Shown here: positions 1 to 9,799 of the stretch, piece by piece
Numbering within the stretch: position 1 is the first letter of the stretch
Layout of the letters: the number at the start of each line of letters is the position of its first letter
NCBI GenBank assembly: GCA_903911795.1
Contig: CAIWEX010000067.1
Coordinates: 2,684 to 66,683, forward strand
DNA length: 64,000 nucleotides
Reading direction: 5' to 3'
Source: an uncultured Schlesneria sp.
GTDB lineage: Bacteria > Planctomycetota > Planctomycetia > Planctomycetales > Planctomycetaceae
Program-made: the position numbers and the translations under genes
Notes under the pieces: model-generated
What the model was told of the DNA's origin: nothing
The model's database searches: none
What the model saw: the letters and a program-made list of their open reading frames with translations, nothing else

Positions 1-25
1 GTGTCCACGAACTCCGATCCGAACG

Positions 26-51
26 AACCGGACGCTAGCGCGATCCGGCTG
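26..51 (+). repeat. REP-like palindrome, family B (AACCGGACGCTAGCGCG(T/A)TCCGGCTG)
   Basis: Near-identical to 23474-23501 and to the reverse complement of 46068-46095; internal dyad CCGGA...TCCGG. Confidence 0.7.
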
Positions 52-200
52 GTGCGGTGATTTGTCATTCGGGTTTCGACCTATCCATTATTTGTTTCAC
101 GCCTGCGACTTTGTGACGACGTCAAGATCATCCGTCGAATTGACGCACTCTCAATCGCCGCACACTGACCACCATGATTTGCCCAGCTAGAAAGCCATTC

Positions 201-230
201 AACCGCTGATAAACACTGATGAACGCTGAT
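201..230 (+). repeat. Three 10-bp tandem repeats (aaccgctgat/aaacactgat/gaacgctgat)
   Basis: Read directly from the sequence; followed by an imperfect hairpin at 240-270. Confidence 0.65.
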
Positions 231-396
231 AAAGCAAGGCCTTCGTGGTGGATACCATCCACACCGAAGGCAGGACCTGCGCGGTAACCGTTGGACATCA
301 AGTTCCGCAGATCGATTGCTTATCTGTCGATGTCAAGTCACGATAGTCGTTCAATGGATGCTTTCGAAAATCCCCCTCAATAGAACGAGCGTCACC

Positions 397-1668
397 ATGA
401 ACGGACTCATGATTCGGCTATTTACGGTTGCTGCATTGCTGGTCTTAACAACGGTGACGGACAGCCATGCGCAGACGAAACCCGACAAGGGAGAATGGCC
501 GCAGTTTCTCGGGCCGAATCGGAATGGAATCTCTGCCGAAACCGGTTTACTGACCGAGTGGCCCGAAGGAGGCCCCAAGGTGGCCTGGCGAGTTGCTGGC
601 GGCATCGGCATGTCGGGAATTGCAATCATCCGTGGTCATGTCATCACGTTGGTTCAACGTGATGGAAAGCAGTTCGCGGTTGCGCTGGAGTCAGCAACCG
701 GCAAGAGTCTCTGGCAGACGCCTCTGGCCCCGGCCTACAAGAACGGCATGGGAAATGGCCCTCGTGCGACACCGGCTGTTGTTGGCAATCAGGTATTTGT
801 TTTTACCGGCGAAGGGATTCTGGCAGCCCTGAATTTTGCGGATGGGAAGTTGATCTGGTCGCATGATGTGATCACCGAGTTAAAGGGTGAGATCGCGGAA
901 TATGGCATGGCCAGTTCACCACTGGTTGTTGGTTCCAATGTGATCGTCACGGCCGGCATTCCTGGGGCTTCTGTGGTGGCGTATGACACCAAGACTGGAA
1001 AGCTCGCCTGGAAATCCGGTGACGATCCTGCCGGTTACTCGTCACCCGCATTGCTCGACCTTGCCGGAAGGAAACAGGTGGTAGTTTATACCGGTGCTGC
1101 TGCCATTGGCTTGGTCCCTGACACCGGCGTTCGTTTGTGGAGTTACCCCTACGAAACAAACTTCAACTGCAACATCGTCACACCATTGGGACTGGGCGAC
1201 CGAGTTTTCATTTCATCGGGCGAAAACCACGGCTGTGTGATGCTGTCCTTGAAGGGACAGGGAGACAAATTCACCGTCGACGAAGCCTGGACATCAGAAG
1301 GATCACAAAGTGTCCTGCGCAATGAATGGCAGACGTCGATCCTGAGCGACGGACACCTGTACGGCTTCGACAACGTCGGAGCTGCAGGACCGGTGACTCA
1401 CCTGACATGCGTCAACGCGGAAACAGGCAAGCGAGTCTGGCAAAAGCAACGATTTGGCAAAGGAAACCTGATCGCCGCCGATGGAAAACTCTTCATTTCC
1501 ACGATGAACGGGGAATTGGTTGTCGTGAAAATCAATTCAAAGAGCTTCGAAGAACTCGGCCGCATGCCCCTGATCGAGCCCACTCGGCAGGCACCAGCAC
1601 TTTCGAACGGAATGCTCTATCTGCGCGACAACGCCGAGATTGTCTGCGTCGACGTCCGGGGCAAGTAG
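397..1668 (+). CDS. PQQ-binding-like beta-propeller repeat protein (BamB-like family), secreted
   Basis: Signal peptide, WPQFLGPNRNG, repeated GKxxW propeller motifs. ORF is open from 316; ATG 397 chosen as the likely start. Confidence 0.85.
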   Translation: MNGLMIRLFTVAALLVLTTVTDSHAQTKPDKGEWPQFLGPNRNGISAETGLLTEWPEGGPKVAWRVAGGIGMSGIAIIRGHVITLVQRDGKQFAVALESATGKSLWQTPLAPAYKNGMGNGPRATPAVVGNQVFVFTGEGILAALNFADGKLIWSHDVITELKGEIAEYGMASSPLVVGSNVIVTAGIPGASVVAYDTKTGKLAWKSGDDPAGYSSPALLDLAGRKQVVVYTGAAAIGLVPDTGVRLWSYPYETNFNCNIVTPLGLGDRVFISSGENHGCVMLSLKGQGDKFTVDEAWTSEGSQSVLRNEWQTSILSDGHLYGFDNVGAAGPVTHLTCVNAETGKRVWQKQRFGKGNLIAADGKLFISTMNGELVVVKINSKSFEELGRMPLIEPTRQAPALSNGMLYLRDNAEIVCVDVRGK

Positions 1669-1690
1669 CCCTTGCCGAACAAACGACGCA

Positions 1691-1741
1691 TGTTCGGCGC
1701 GGGTCTCCCGACCCCGCCGAAACACCCGACCGAAGGTCTCC
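1691..1741. repeat. GC-rich REP-like hairpin between convergent genes
   Basis: TTCGGCG...CGCCGAA stem with two GGTCTCC copies; single copy in the window. Confidence 0.45.
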
Positions 1742-1811
1742 TCTTCGATTGGCATGCCTCTCGTTAATCATCGCTCGCCACTCACGATCCGCTTTCCCGA
1801 CATGCGTCCGC

Positions 1812-2858
1812 TCAACGAACAGCAAACCGCAGTTTTGCAGGCGCTGAGCGTGGGTTGGAGTGTTGTTCTTCAGGCGTTGCGCGAATCACGGTATCGGTGA
1901 CTGATGTATAAACACCTGCTGCTAATCCGGCTTTGAATGCCTGTTTGACGCGACGATCTTCGCCGGAGTGGAATGTCAGGATGGCCACTCGACCGCCTGG
2001 TCGCAGGCAATGAGGGATCTGGTTCAGTAGCGAGTCCAAGGCACCAAGTTCGTCGTTGACGGCGATTCGCAGGGCCTGGAAGACGCGACGCACCGAAAGA
2101 ATGGCTTCGTCTTCGGCGCAATCGGTTTGGCTGAGAGCATCGCGGACAACGTCTGCCAACTCGCGAGTGGTTTCGATGGGGGTCCTTTGCTGGACTTGCA
2201 GGATGGCTCGTGAAAGTCGAATCGCGCGAGGTTCGTCCGCGTTCTCTTTCAATAGTGCGGCCAGTTTTGCTTCGGTGATCTTGGTCAACAGGGCTGCTGC
2301 CGACTGACCATGCTGGGGATTCATCCGCATATCGAGCGGTGCGTCGAGCTTGAACGTGAATCCACGCTGTGGATCGTCCAATTGCATGGAAGAGAGTCCC
2401 AGGTCCGCCAGGATCAGGTCCGCTCCTTCGGGAAAGACTTCCAGAGCGACTCGAGATAACCCTGCAAAATTCGAACGTCGCACAATCAAACTTTCCTGCG
2501 CCGAGATCGACTCGCGCAGGCGTTTTTCTGTTTTTGGCAGTTCCAGCGGATCAACATCCAGGCCCAGTAACCTTCCTCCCGGCTGAATCGCGGCGAGGAT
2601 TTCCTTCGCATGTCCACCGTATCCGAGTGTGCAATCAATGACGAGTTGCCCTGGTTTCGGTGCCAGCCCTGCCAGGATTTCAGCGACCATGATCGGCCGA
2701 TGAGTACCCGCGGGGGTTCGGCCACTTGCCAGGACTCGTGCCACGTCTTCTGCGTAACGGTCGGGCTGATGTTCTTTGTATTTCTCGCCAAACTGGCGAG
2801 GATGCGTGCCGCGATAGCGGGGGCGTCGTTCCGGCTTGTCGGGAACTGGATCATTCAT
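1812..2858 (-). CDS. rsmH: 16S rRNA m4C1402 methyltransferase RsmH/MraW family, with N-terminal extension
   Basis: HRPIMVAE, DCTLGYGGHA, DLGLSSMQLD, FHSGEDRRVK, NPRSAPAKLR motifs. Confidence 0.9.
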   Translation of the reverse strand: MNDPVPDKPERRPRYRGTHPRQFGEKYKEHQPDRYAEDVARVLASGRTPAGTHRPIMVAEILAGLAPKPGQLVIDCTLGYGGHAKEILAAIQPGGRLLGLDVDPLELPKTEKRLRESISAQESLIVRRSNFAGLSRVALEVFPEGADLILADLGLSSMQLDDPQRGFTFKLDAPLDMRMNPQHGQSAAALLTKITEAKLAALLKENADEPRAIRLSRAILQVQQRTPIETTRELADVVRDALSQTDCAEDEAILSVRRVFQALRIAVNDELGALDSLLNQIPHCLRPGGRVAILTFHSGEDRRVKQAFKAGLAAGVYTSVTDTVIRATPEEQHSNPRSAPAKLRFAVR

Positions 2859-3012
2859 TTCGTGGCAACATCAAATAAAAATGGCCCGCTGCTGGTCAGC
2901 GGGCCATGTGATCAACTCAAATTGGAATAGGCCAACGCTGCATCAACCACAGACAGTGATTGAGTACCTGCCAGAGTACCGGCAATCCGACAGCGCGTTA
3001 ACCCAGGAGCGG

Positions 3013-3258
3013 CTAATAATCGGCACCATCCAGAGATTTCTGGCGTTGGGCCTTATCCCGTTCCAAGGCTCGAATCTGATTCGACAGCTTCTGTTCAGGT
3101 CCCATCGGGAAGTACTGAACGTCATCGTCGAGATAATATGCAGACGGCAGGGTCTGGCCGCTGATCGTCGTCTGAAAGCACCCTGTTGAGAGTACCGACA
3201 GTGTAAGACAACAGGTGAGCATCAGCCCTTGCCAACACCGCTTCGCGTTCCGCTTCAT
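3013..3258 (-). CDS. Small predicted lipoprotein
   Basis: Basic N-terminus, hydrophobic stretch, LSTGC lipobox-like motif, then QTLPSAYYLDDDVQYFP. Confidence 0.7.
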   Translation of the reverse strand: MKRNAKRCWQGLMLTCCLTLSVLSTGCFQTTISGQTLPSAYYLDDDVQYFPMGPEQKLSNQIRALERDKAQRQKSLDGADY

Positions 3259-3603
3259 GACTGCATCCTTGCCCGACGAAATTCACAATGGCACGGTCCG
3301 GCGTACCATCCAATGAACAAAATCGACAGGTGCAATCCGAAACTTTGGTGAAATCGTTAAGGTTGGCAAAGTTTTACACAAACCCCCGGGTTTCCGAGTC
3401 GAGTTCCCCGTTCGGGGTCAAGAATGAGTCGTGACAGTCCCCCCAAAGCGGGGGCTGACGGTTCCTGTCAGGGCAGAGTCTGCAAACGTGCTTGATCCAC
3501 GCCTTGACTACAGTAGAAACCGTAAGTGATTAAATTTCAATGGTTTACGTCCGGCAAGTGAGCTGCTACGTCGCACCCCGTGAATAGTCAGGTCGCTTCC
3601 ATG

Positions 3604-3637
3604 AAAAAAGGGCTGCGGCGAATTGTCGCTGCGGCCC
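3604..3637 (-). terminator. Possible intrinsic terminator after the PilB-like gene
   Basis: 12-bp imperfect GC stem followed by a 6-U tract on the minus strand, about 25 bp past the stop at 3663. Confidence 0.5.
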
Positions 3638-3662
3638 CGTTTGTTGCAAATCGTTTCCCAAA

Positions 3663-5003
3663 TCAGGCTTTGAACACTCGCTGCAGCTCTTCCAGCGAGG
3701 TCTTCCCTTCGGCCACCAGACGCAGTCCGTCTTTATGGAACGTAAGGCAACCTTCGGAGCGGGCGGTCGCCTTGATCTGATCTGCGGTCGCTCCTTCGGC
3801 GATCATCTTGCGAATCGCGTCAGAAACGATGATCACTTCCAGCATCGCCATTCGGCCGAAATAGCCGGTCCCATTACATTTTTCGCACGGCGGATCCTCT
3901 TCTCCCGTTTTTTCGTCCACCAGCGGCTCACCCTTGCGGTAGAGAGTCTTGGTTTCCGGAGGAAGGCCGACCTTTTCCAACAGCTTGGGATTCGGTCGGA
4001 AGGCTTCGCGGCAACTGGTGCAAAGCAGCCGGATCAGCTTCTGGCTGTAGGCCGCGTCAATGACTTCGCTCGCCTTTTGACGGTCTTCAGACCATTCGGC
4101 AACCTGGCAGATTCCGCTGGCAGCATCCTTCGCCGCCACTTCGCCCATAATGCAGATCCGATCGGCGAGATTGAGCAGTTGCTTCGTCGTATCGGCATCC
4201 CGAATCGGCTTGGCAACAACGACATCGGCCTCTTCACGCATCATTCGCATGATCGTGGTTTCGATGTCGTCGCCTTCGTTGGGCTGGAAGACTTTGACGT
4301 TGATCAGTTCACGCGTCCCGGGTTCCATCATGGTGTAGATGGAGTAGAGATAAACGTCGATACCGCGCACGACGGCGAATAATGTCGTCGTCACGCCGGA
4401 ACCTGCTGGACCTGCGACAATGATCAAGCCATGCCGACGTGATGTCAGTTCGCGGATCTGGGCTCGCGTGGCGTCGCTGAAGCCAAGATCCTGAGGCGTA
4501 TCGAGCTTATGCTTCATATTTCGAATACGAATTGTCAGTCGTTCCGTCCCGTCGGGTTGAGGAGCGACATCGGTCGTCAATTCGTATTTGATTTCCTGAA
4601 ACTCAGCCTTCACACCGCCAATCTGATGTTTCCCCTTCAGCTTGGCATCGAGACCAGCCAGGACTTTCATCATTTGTGTGACTGCAGTGGCCTGCTGTTT
4701 CGACATGCGGCTACCGGCGTAAGGCATGCCGTCGACTGAAAGTGCGACCTGCCCTTTTTCACCTTTCACATCGAGACGAAGGACTTCAGCCCGTCGTTCG
4801 AGTGCTTCCGTCACCATCTCGCGAGTGGGAAGGAGTGCCGCCTGAACCAGGCGCGCGTTGGCCGCCAGGTCAGCAGACTTTCCATTGGTTGCCCCCTGGA
4901 AATTGACGAGATCGACTTCCTCTTCTTCGTCTTCATCCTCATCGTCGTCGTCAACATCCCGTTTTTTTCCGAAGCCGAAGATCATCGTCAATTCTCCCGT
5001 CAA
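3663..5003 (-). CDS. GspE/PilB-family secretion ATPase-like protein with degenerate catalytic motifs
   Basis: GspE/PilB layout with CTSC...CEKC zinc motif, GYFGR and GKTSLEE. Walker A reads GPAGSGVTTT and Walker B reads VVVAKPIRD. Confidence 0.85.
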   Translation of the reverse strand: MTGELTMIFGFGKKRDVDDDDEDEDEEEEVDLVNFQGATNGKSADLAANARLVQAALLPTREMVTEALERRAEVLRLDVKGEKGQVALSVDGMPYAGSRMSKQQATAVTQMMKVLAGLDAKLKGKHQIGGVKAEFQEIKYELTTDVAPQPDGTERLTIRIRNMKHKLDTPQDLGFSDATRAQIRELTSRRHGLIIVAGPAGSGVTTTLFAVVRGIDVYLYSIYTMMEPGTRELINVKVFQPNEGDDIETTIMRMMREEADVVVAKPIRDADTTKQLLNLADRICIMGEVAAKDAASGICQVAEWSEDRQKASEVIDAAYSQKLIRLLCTSCREAFRPNPKLLEKVGLPPETKTLYRKGEPLVDEKTGEEDPPCEKCNGTGYFGRMAMLEVIIVSDAIRKMIAEGATADQIKATARSEGCLTFHKDGLRLVAEGKTSLEELQRVFKA

Positions 5004-5133
5004 TCACACCACGAGAATCGTCGCAACAGGGCGACAGAAAGAAATGTCGTCGGGGCACTTTGTTTATGTGCCCCAGTTACTCGAATCGAATCTTGAGCAG
5101 TACGTCAGGTCCGGCTGAATGCGCACTTTCGAT

Positions 5134-6021
5134 TTACAGCAATCCGTACGCCGTCAGTGTTTTTCGCAACCGGGCGGCTTCCGCTTCTGACAGCGGAGTC
5201 AGTGGCAGCCGCAGTTCGCCCGTATCCCGTCCCAGCATCTGCATGGCTGCTTTTACAGGAATCGGGTTGGTCGCAATCCCCAGCATATCTCTACACAAAG
5301 TAAACAGCTTGAAGTGCCACTTCTGGGCTTCGGCGACGTTACCAGCCTTCCAGGCCTTCAGAAGCTGCAGCATGTCGCCGGGAACAATATTTCCAACGAC
5401 TGATACGATTCCGCTGGCACCCATCGACAACAACGGCAGCGTCAGGCTGTCATCGCCCGACAAGACCGTCAGATTTGTCTGAGCGAGTGTTTGTGACGCC
5501 TGGTCCATTGACCCCGTGGCTTCTTTGATGGCGACGACGTTGGGAATCTCGGCAATGCGAGCAACCACGTCTGGTTCCATGTTCTTGGCAGTACGACCGG
5601 GGATGTTGTAGAGGATGATGGGGATATCAACTGCTTCGGCAACGGCGCGATAATGCTGGTAGAAGCCTTCGCCGGTCGGCTTGTTGTAGTACGGGGCGAC
5701 CATCATCGCGCCATCCGCACCGCACGACTTGGCGAATCGAGTCATCTCGATCGCTTCCTGAGTACTGTTGGAACCAGTCCCCGCCATCACCTTGATCCGG
5801 CCTGCGGCCTGTTCACAGACGATTTCGATGATCCGGTTGTGCTCGTCGTGATTGACCGTGGGGCTTTCACCCGTTGTCCCGACTGGGCAGAGGCCGTTGG
5901 TCCCCTGCGCCACATGCCAGTCCACTGAATTCCGCAGTGCGACTTCGTCAACCTTACCGTTCTTGAACGGAGTGACGATCGCCACGGTCAATCCTGCGAA
6001 CTGTTCTCCCTTGCGTGCCAT
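5134..6021 (-). CDS. dapA: 4-hydroxy-tetrahydrodipicolinate synthase
   Basis: GTTGES, PYYNKP, YNIPGRT, IKEA (Schiff-base Lys), NPIPVK. Confidence 0.95.
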   Translation of the reverse strand: MARKGEQFAGLTVAIVTPFKNGKVDEVALRNSVDWHVAQGTNGLCPVGTTGESPTVNHDEHNRIIEIVCEQAAGRIKVMAGTGSNSTQEAIEMTRFAKSCGADGAMMVAPYYNKPTGEGFYQHYRAVAEAVDIPIILYNIPGRTAKNMEPDVVARIAEIPNVVAIKEATGSMDQASQTLAQTNLTVLSGDDSLTLPLLSMGASGIVSVVGNIVPGDMLQLLKAWKAGNVAEAQKWHFKLFTLCRDMLGIATNPIPVKAAMQMLGRDTGELRLPLTPLSEAEAARLRKTLTAYGLL

Positions 6022-6148
6022 TCTGATATCGCCTTCAACTCAACTGATAGTAGGGTGCGTGCAGTCTGCGGAACGCACCGACATGCGAATGTCCCTTGAA
6101 TAAGTGCGTTTCGAAGACTGCACACACCCTCAAGGACTGAGAATTTCC

Positions 6149-7069
6149 TTACTTTCGATTGCGCCAGTCCATCCCGGCCATTTCCGCCAGAGCCAGCATC
6201 AAAGCATGAGTCCCATTACGTCCCCAGCCCTTGGCTTTTACGGACAGATAGAGCTGTTCGCCCAACGCCAGGCCGGGGAGTGACAACCCCATGCACTTCG
6301 CTTCTGACAGGGCAATTCCCATGTCCTTGATGAAGTGCTCAACAAAGAAACCGGGATCAAAATTGTTGTTCATGATCCGCGGACCCAGGTTGTTCAGCGA
6401 CCAGCTTCCAGCCGCACCTGGCCCGACCGATTGCAGCATCGTGGGAAGATCGAGACCCGCCTTGTAGCCGTAAAGTAGTGATTCACAGACGCCGATCATA
6501 TTGGTCGCGATCAGAATCTGATTCGCCATCTTGGTATGTTGACCTGCACCGGCCCCACCCTGATGGATGATCGTTTTCCCCATCGCTGCAAAGAGCGGCT
6601 GAATCGCATCGACGATTTCTTTTTCGCCGCCGATCATGATCGACAGAGCGGCATTCTTGGCACCGATGTCTCCACCGGAAACCGGAGCGTCAACGCTCTG
6701 GACTCCCTTCGACTTGGCGGCATTGTAGATTTCGACGGCCAGCGAGGGTTCACTGGTCGTCATGTCGACCAGCACATTTCCCGCTTTTGAACCGGCAAGA
6801 GCACCGTTCTCGCCAAGCATCACTTCGCGAACATCACTGGGAAATCCCACGATGGAAAAGATCACGTCGGACTGTTCTGCGACAGCTTTCGGAGAAACAG
6901 CCCACTTGGCTCCGCGCGCCACCAGGGGCTCGGCCTTGCTCTGTGAACGTGTGTAGACAGTGGCGGAATATCCGGCCGTCATCAGGTGTCCAACCATGCT
7001 GGACCCCATCACTCCCGTACCGATCCAGCCGACCCGGGTAACCCCAGGGGTTATTGTCAAAGCCGCCAT
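6149..7069 (-). CDS. NAD(P)-dependent beta-hydroxyacid dehydrogenase (3-hydroxyisobutyrate/tartronate semialdehyde reductase family)
   Basis: [33 protein letters not shown]. Confidence 0.9.
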   Translation of the reverse strand: MAALTITPGVTRVGWIGTGVMGSSMVGHLMTAGYSATVYTRSQSKAEPLVARGAKWAVSPKAVAEQSDVIFSIVGFPSDVREVMLGENGALAGSKAGNVLVDMTTSEPSLAVEIYNAAKSKGVQSVDAPVSGGDIGAKNAALSIMIGGEKEIVDAIQPLFAAMGKTIIHQGGAGAGQHTKMANQILIATNMIGVCESLLYGYKAGLDLPTMLQSVGPGAAGSWSLNNLGPRIMNNNFDPGFFVEHFIKDMGIALSEAKCMGLSLPGLALGEQLYLSVKAKGWGRNGTHALMLALAEMAGMDWRNRK

Positions 7070-7206
7070 AAGTCAAAGTCCTGTTGTAACGCGTTCCGCG
7101 ATATGGGGTTCCGCAATGAGCGACTCGCCAGAATGGATCTGGCGCTGATCGCATCCGCCAGTATATCGTTCGATCCCGTGATCGTCACGTTTGCAAACTT
7201 TGGCAA

Positions 7207-8154
7207 CTATTGGCCTTCATCGAACAGGGCATCGACAAAGCTGTCTGGGTTGAACAGTTCCAGATCTTCGATCTGCTCACCGACACCGACGTATTTGACG
7301 GGAATCCCCATCCGTTGTCGGATAGCGACCGTGACGCCTCCCTTGGCTGTTCCGTCGAGTTTTGCCAGGACGATCCCCGTGCAGTTGGCAGCTTTTGAAA
7401 AATGCTCGGCTTGATTGAGTCCATTCTGGCCGGTCGTGGCGTCGATCACCAGCAGACACTCGTGCGGTGCCCCCGGGATCTTTTTATCGATTACGCGACG
7501 GATCTTTTCGAGTTCCTTCATCAGATTCGCCTGGTTGTGCAATCGACCTGCAGTGTCGATCACGAGGACATCAACCCCCTCTTTCAAGGCCTCTTCGCAC
7601 CCGGCAAATGCCACGCTAGCGGGATCTGTTCCGCTGGGGCGAGTGACGATCGGACAGCCCAGTCGCTGGCTCCACATCGTCAGTTGCTCGACGGCCGCAG
7701 CACGGAACGTGTCGCCAGCGGCCAGCATCACGGTGAGCCCTTGTGACCGCAGCAGCCTGGAAATTTTCGCGATGGATGTCGTCTTTCCGGTCCCGTTAAC
7801 TCCCGTCACGAGAATCACCGTCGGCTTCGTCGGGGACATTCGCAGGGGCGAAAGCGGCTTTTCAGGATCCCACGTCGTTCCATCTGTGCCACGCAAGATT
7901 TTGCGGAGCGTCTCTTTAATCGTTCCCCAGATCTCGGTAAGTACCACCGTTCGATTCAGATGTTTGATTCTCAGTTCGCTCAGAATGGCATCGGAAGCGG
8001 CCACGCCGATATCGGTCCGGATCAGCCGGGCTTCAAACTGTTCCAGCTTGCTTTCGTCGAGGATGTCTCCGGACTTAAAGAGGTCGCGGATATCGGTTTG
8101 CAACAATTGCTTGGTGCGAACGAGCCCCTGTTTCAGCTTGTCGAAAAATCCCAT
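7207..8154 (-). CDS. ftsY: Signal recognition particle receptor FtsY (short NG-type)
   Basis: GVNGTGKTT, DTFRAAA, DTAGR, KLDGTAKGG. Confidence 0.95.
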   Translation of the reverse strand: MGFFDKLKQGLVRTKQLLQTDIRDLFKSGDILDESKLEQFEARLIRTDIGVAASDAILSELRIKHLNRTVVLTEIWGTIKETLRKILRGTDGTTWDPEKPLSPLRMSPTKPTVILVTGVNGTGKTTSIAKISRLLRSQGLTVMLAAGDTFRAAAVEQLTMWSQRLGCPIVTRPSGTDPASVAFAGCEEALKEGVDVLVIDTAGRLHNQANLMKELEKIRRVIDKKIPGAPHECLLVIDATTGQNGLNQAEHFSKAANCTGIVLAKLDGTAKGGVTVAIRQRMGIPVKYVGVGEQIEDLELFNPDSFVDALFDEGQ

Positions 8155-8317
8155 GATACGGTCGTCTCGCTTCTCAATCGCGTTTAAGAACAGCTATTTC
8201 GCAGGATCATATGACGTAACGCCCCCCGCGAGCAATTCCCGCCTATGCCAATCCCGGACTCTCCGCTAGAATCGACCGGCGGAAATTGCCGATGGATCGG
8301 CGTCCAGGAGGTTTGGG

Positions 8318-8737
8318 ATGACCCACGCGATGGAACGCGGGTGGCTGACATTGATCTTGTTTGCGGTGAGTGGATTGGGTTGCCAGGAAACCCGGTTCCT
8401 TTCCTGCCGCGCTCGAGATCCGCGTGTCGAATCGCGATCGTATGATACACATGATCCGTACCCCGATGAATCACTTGGGCCAGAGACATACAGCCGACCG
8501 CTGTCGTTTCAGGAGCCGCGGACCTATGATCGGTACAAGTTCGATTACCGCAACATACAAGCGGCCCGTGGGGCAATTTCTCCGGCTCAGGCCTACTGGG
8601 ATCCGCGCGGAATCAACTCTGCGGCAGGAACAGTTGTTGCGCCAGCGTGGCAGCAACCACCCCGCCGTGGACCCGTCGCGTTTCAGCCCGGAATCTGGGA
8701 CGACACCTCTCCCCGTTACAATGTGGTGCCTCACTAA
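8318..8737 (+). CDS. Predicted lipoprotein of unknown function
   Basis: Hydrophobic leader ending SGLGC; Pro/Tyr-rich mature region; overlaps the next gene's likely start. Confidence 0.6.
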   Translation: MTHAMERGWLTLILFAVSGLGCQETRFLSCRARDPRVESRSYDTHDPYPDESLGPETYSRPLSFQEPRTYDRYKFDYRNIQAARGAISPAQAYWDPRGINSAAGTVVAPAWQQPPRRGPVAFQPGIWDDTSPRYNVVPH

Positions 8738-9791
8738 TCGCCGATCGTTGATCCTCCTGTTTGTGCTGTTTATCGGACAGATGTTTCCGCTTCAGGCAAT
8801 TGCTCAGCGTCCCACCAACACACGAAATCTGGAATCGACGGCTGCAGAACTGATTCTGCCTGAGACTCAAAAGACGATCGACCGCGGTTTGCTTTACCTG
8901 GCGAATCGCCAACATTCAGAAGGCTCGTTGGGTTCCGGAACCAATTACCGCAAGAACGTGGCGGTGACTTCTCTGGCCGGAATGGCATTCCTGTCGGCTG
9001 GACACATGCCCGGTCGTGGTACCTACGGCAAGAATGTCGACAAGTCGATCGATTTCGTTTTGTCCTGTGCCAGACCGACCGGCTACATCATTCGCGAAGA
9101 AAGCGCCGGACACGGACCCATGTACGGCCACGGGTTCGCAACACTGTTCCTCGCCGAAGTCTATGGCATGTCGCCTCGTAAGGACATTCGTGAAGCCTTG
9201 AAGAAAGCCGTCGATCTTATCGTCTCTTCGCAGAACCGAGAAGGGGGATGGCGCTATACCCCGACCGACAAGGATGCTGACGTTTCCGTGACCGTTTGCC
9301 AGATGATGGCGTTGCGAGCGGCACGGAATTGCGGGATCGCGGTTCCCAAGACAACCGTTGACCAGTGTGTCGACTACGTCAAGAAGTGCCAGAATCCCGA
9401 TGGAGGATTTCGTTACCAACTGGCGATTCGCCCACAGAGTGATTTTCCGCGTTCCGCTGCCGGGGTCGTGACACTTTACTCGGCAGGGATGACAGAGGGC
9501 CGCGAGATCGAGCGAGGCCTCGCTTATTTGTTGCGGTTCCCTCCACGCGGAGACTCGATGCGGTACGACGCCCATTATTTTTACGGCCAGTACTACGCCG
9601 TCCAGGCCATGTGGCATGCGGGAGATGACCGCTGGAGGCAATGGTATCCGGCCATCCGTGACGAACTCACTGCACGTCAGCAGCCTGACGGAAGCTGGCC
9701 AGATTCATTGATCAACAGCGAGTACGCAACGGCCATGGCGTGCCTGGTACTGCAAATGCCGAATAACTACTTGCCAATTTTTCAGCGGTAG
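8721..9791 (+). CDS. Prenyltransferase/squalene-oxidase repeat (alpha/alpha barrel) protein
   Basis: QxxxGGW/F repeats (QNREGGWRY, QNPDGGFRY, QQPDGSW), signal-like segment. Start at 8721 inferred; ORF is open from 8370. Confidence 0.8.
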   Translation: MWCLTNRRSLILLFVLFIGQMFPLQAIAQRPTNTRNLESTAAELILPETQKTIDRGLLYLANRQHSEGSLGSGTNYRKNVAVTSLAGMAFLSAGHMPGRGTYGKNVDKSIDFVLSCARPTGYIIREESAGHGPMYGHGFATLFLAEVYGMSPRKDIREALKKAVDLIVSSQNREGGWRYTPTDKDADVSVTVCQMMALRAARNCGIAVPKTTVDQCVDYVKKCQNPDGGFRYQLAIRPQSDFPRSAAGVVTLYSAGMTEGREIERGLAYLLRFPPRGDSMRYDAHYFYGQYYAVQAMWHAGDDRWRQWYPAIRDELTARQQPDGSWPDSLINSEYATAMACLVLQMPNNYLPIFQR

Positions 9792-9799
9792 CGCCGCTT

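Noticed and set aside
8370-8720. Long N-terminal extension of the prenyltransferase-fold ORF
   Set aside because: Overlaps the lipoprotein gene in another frame and looks non-coding; the signal-like segment starts near 8721.
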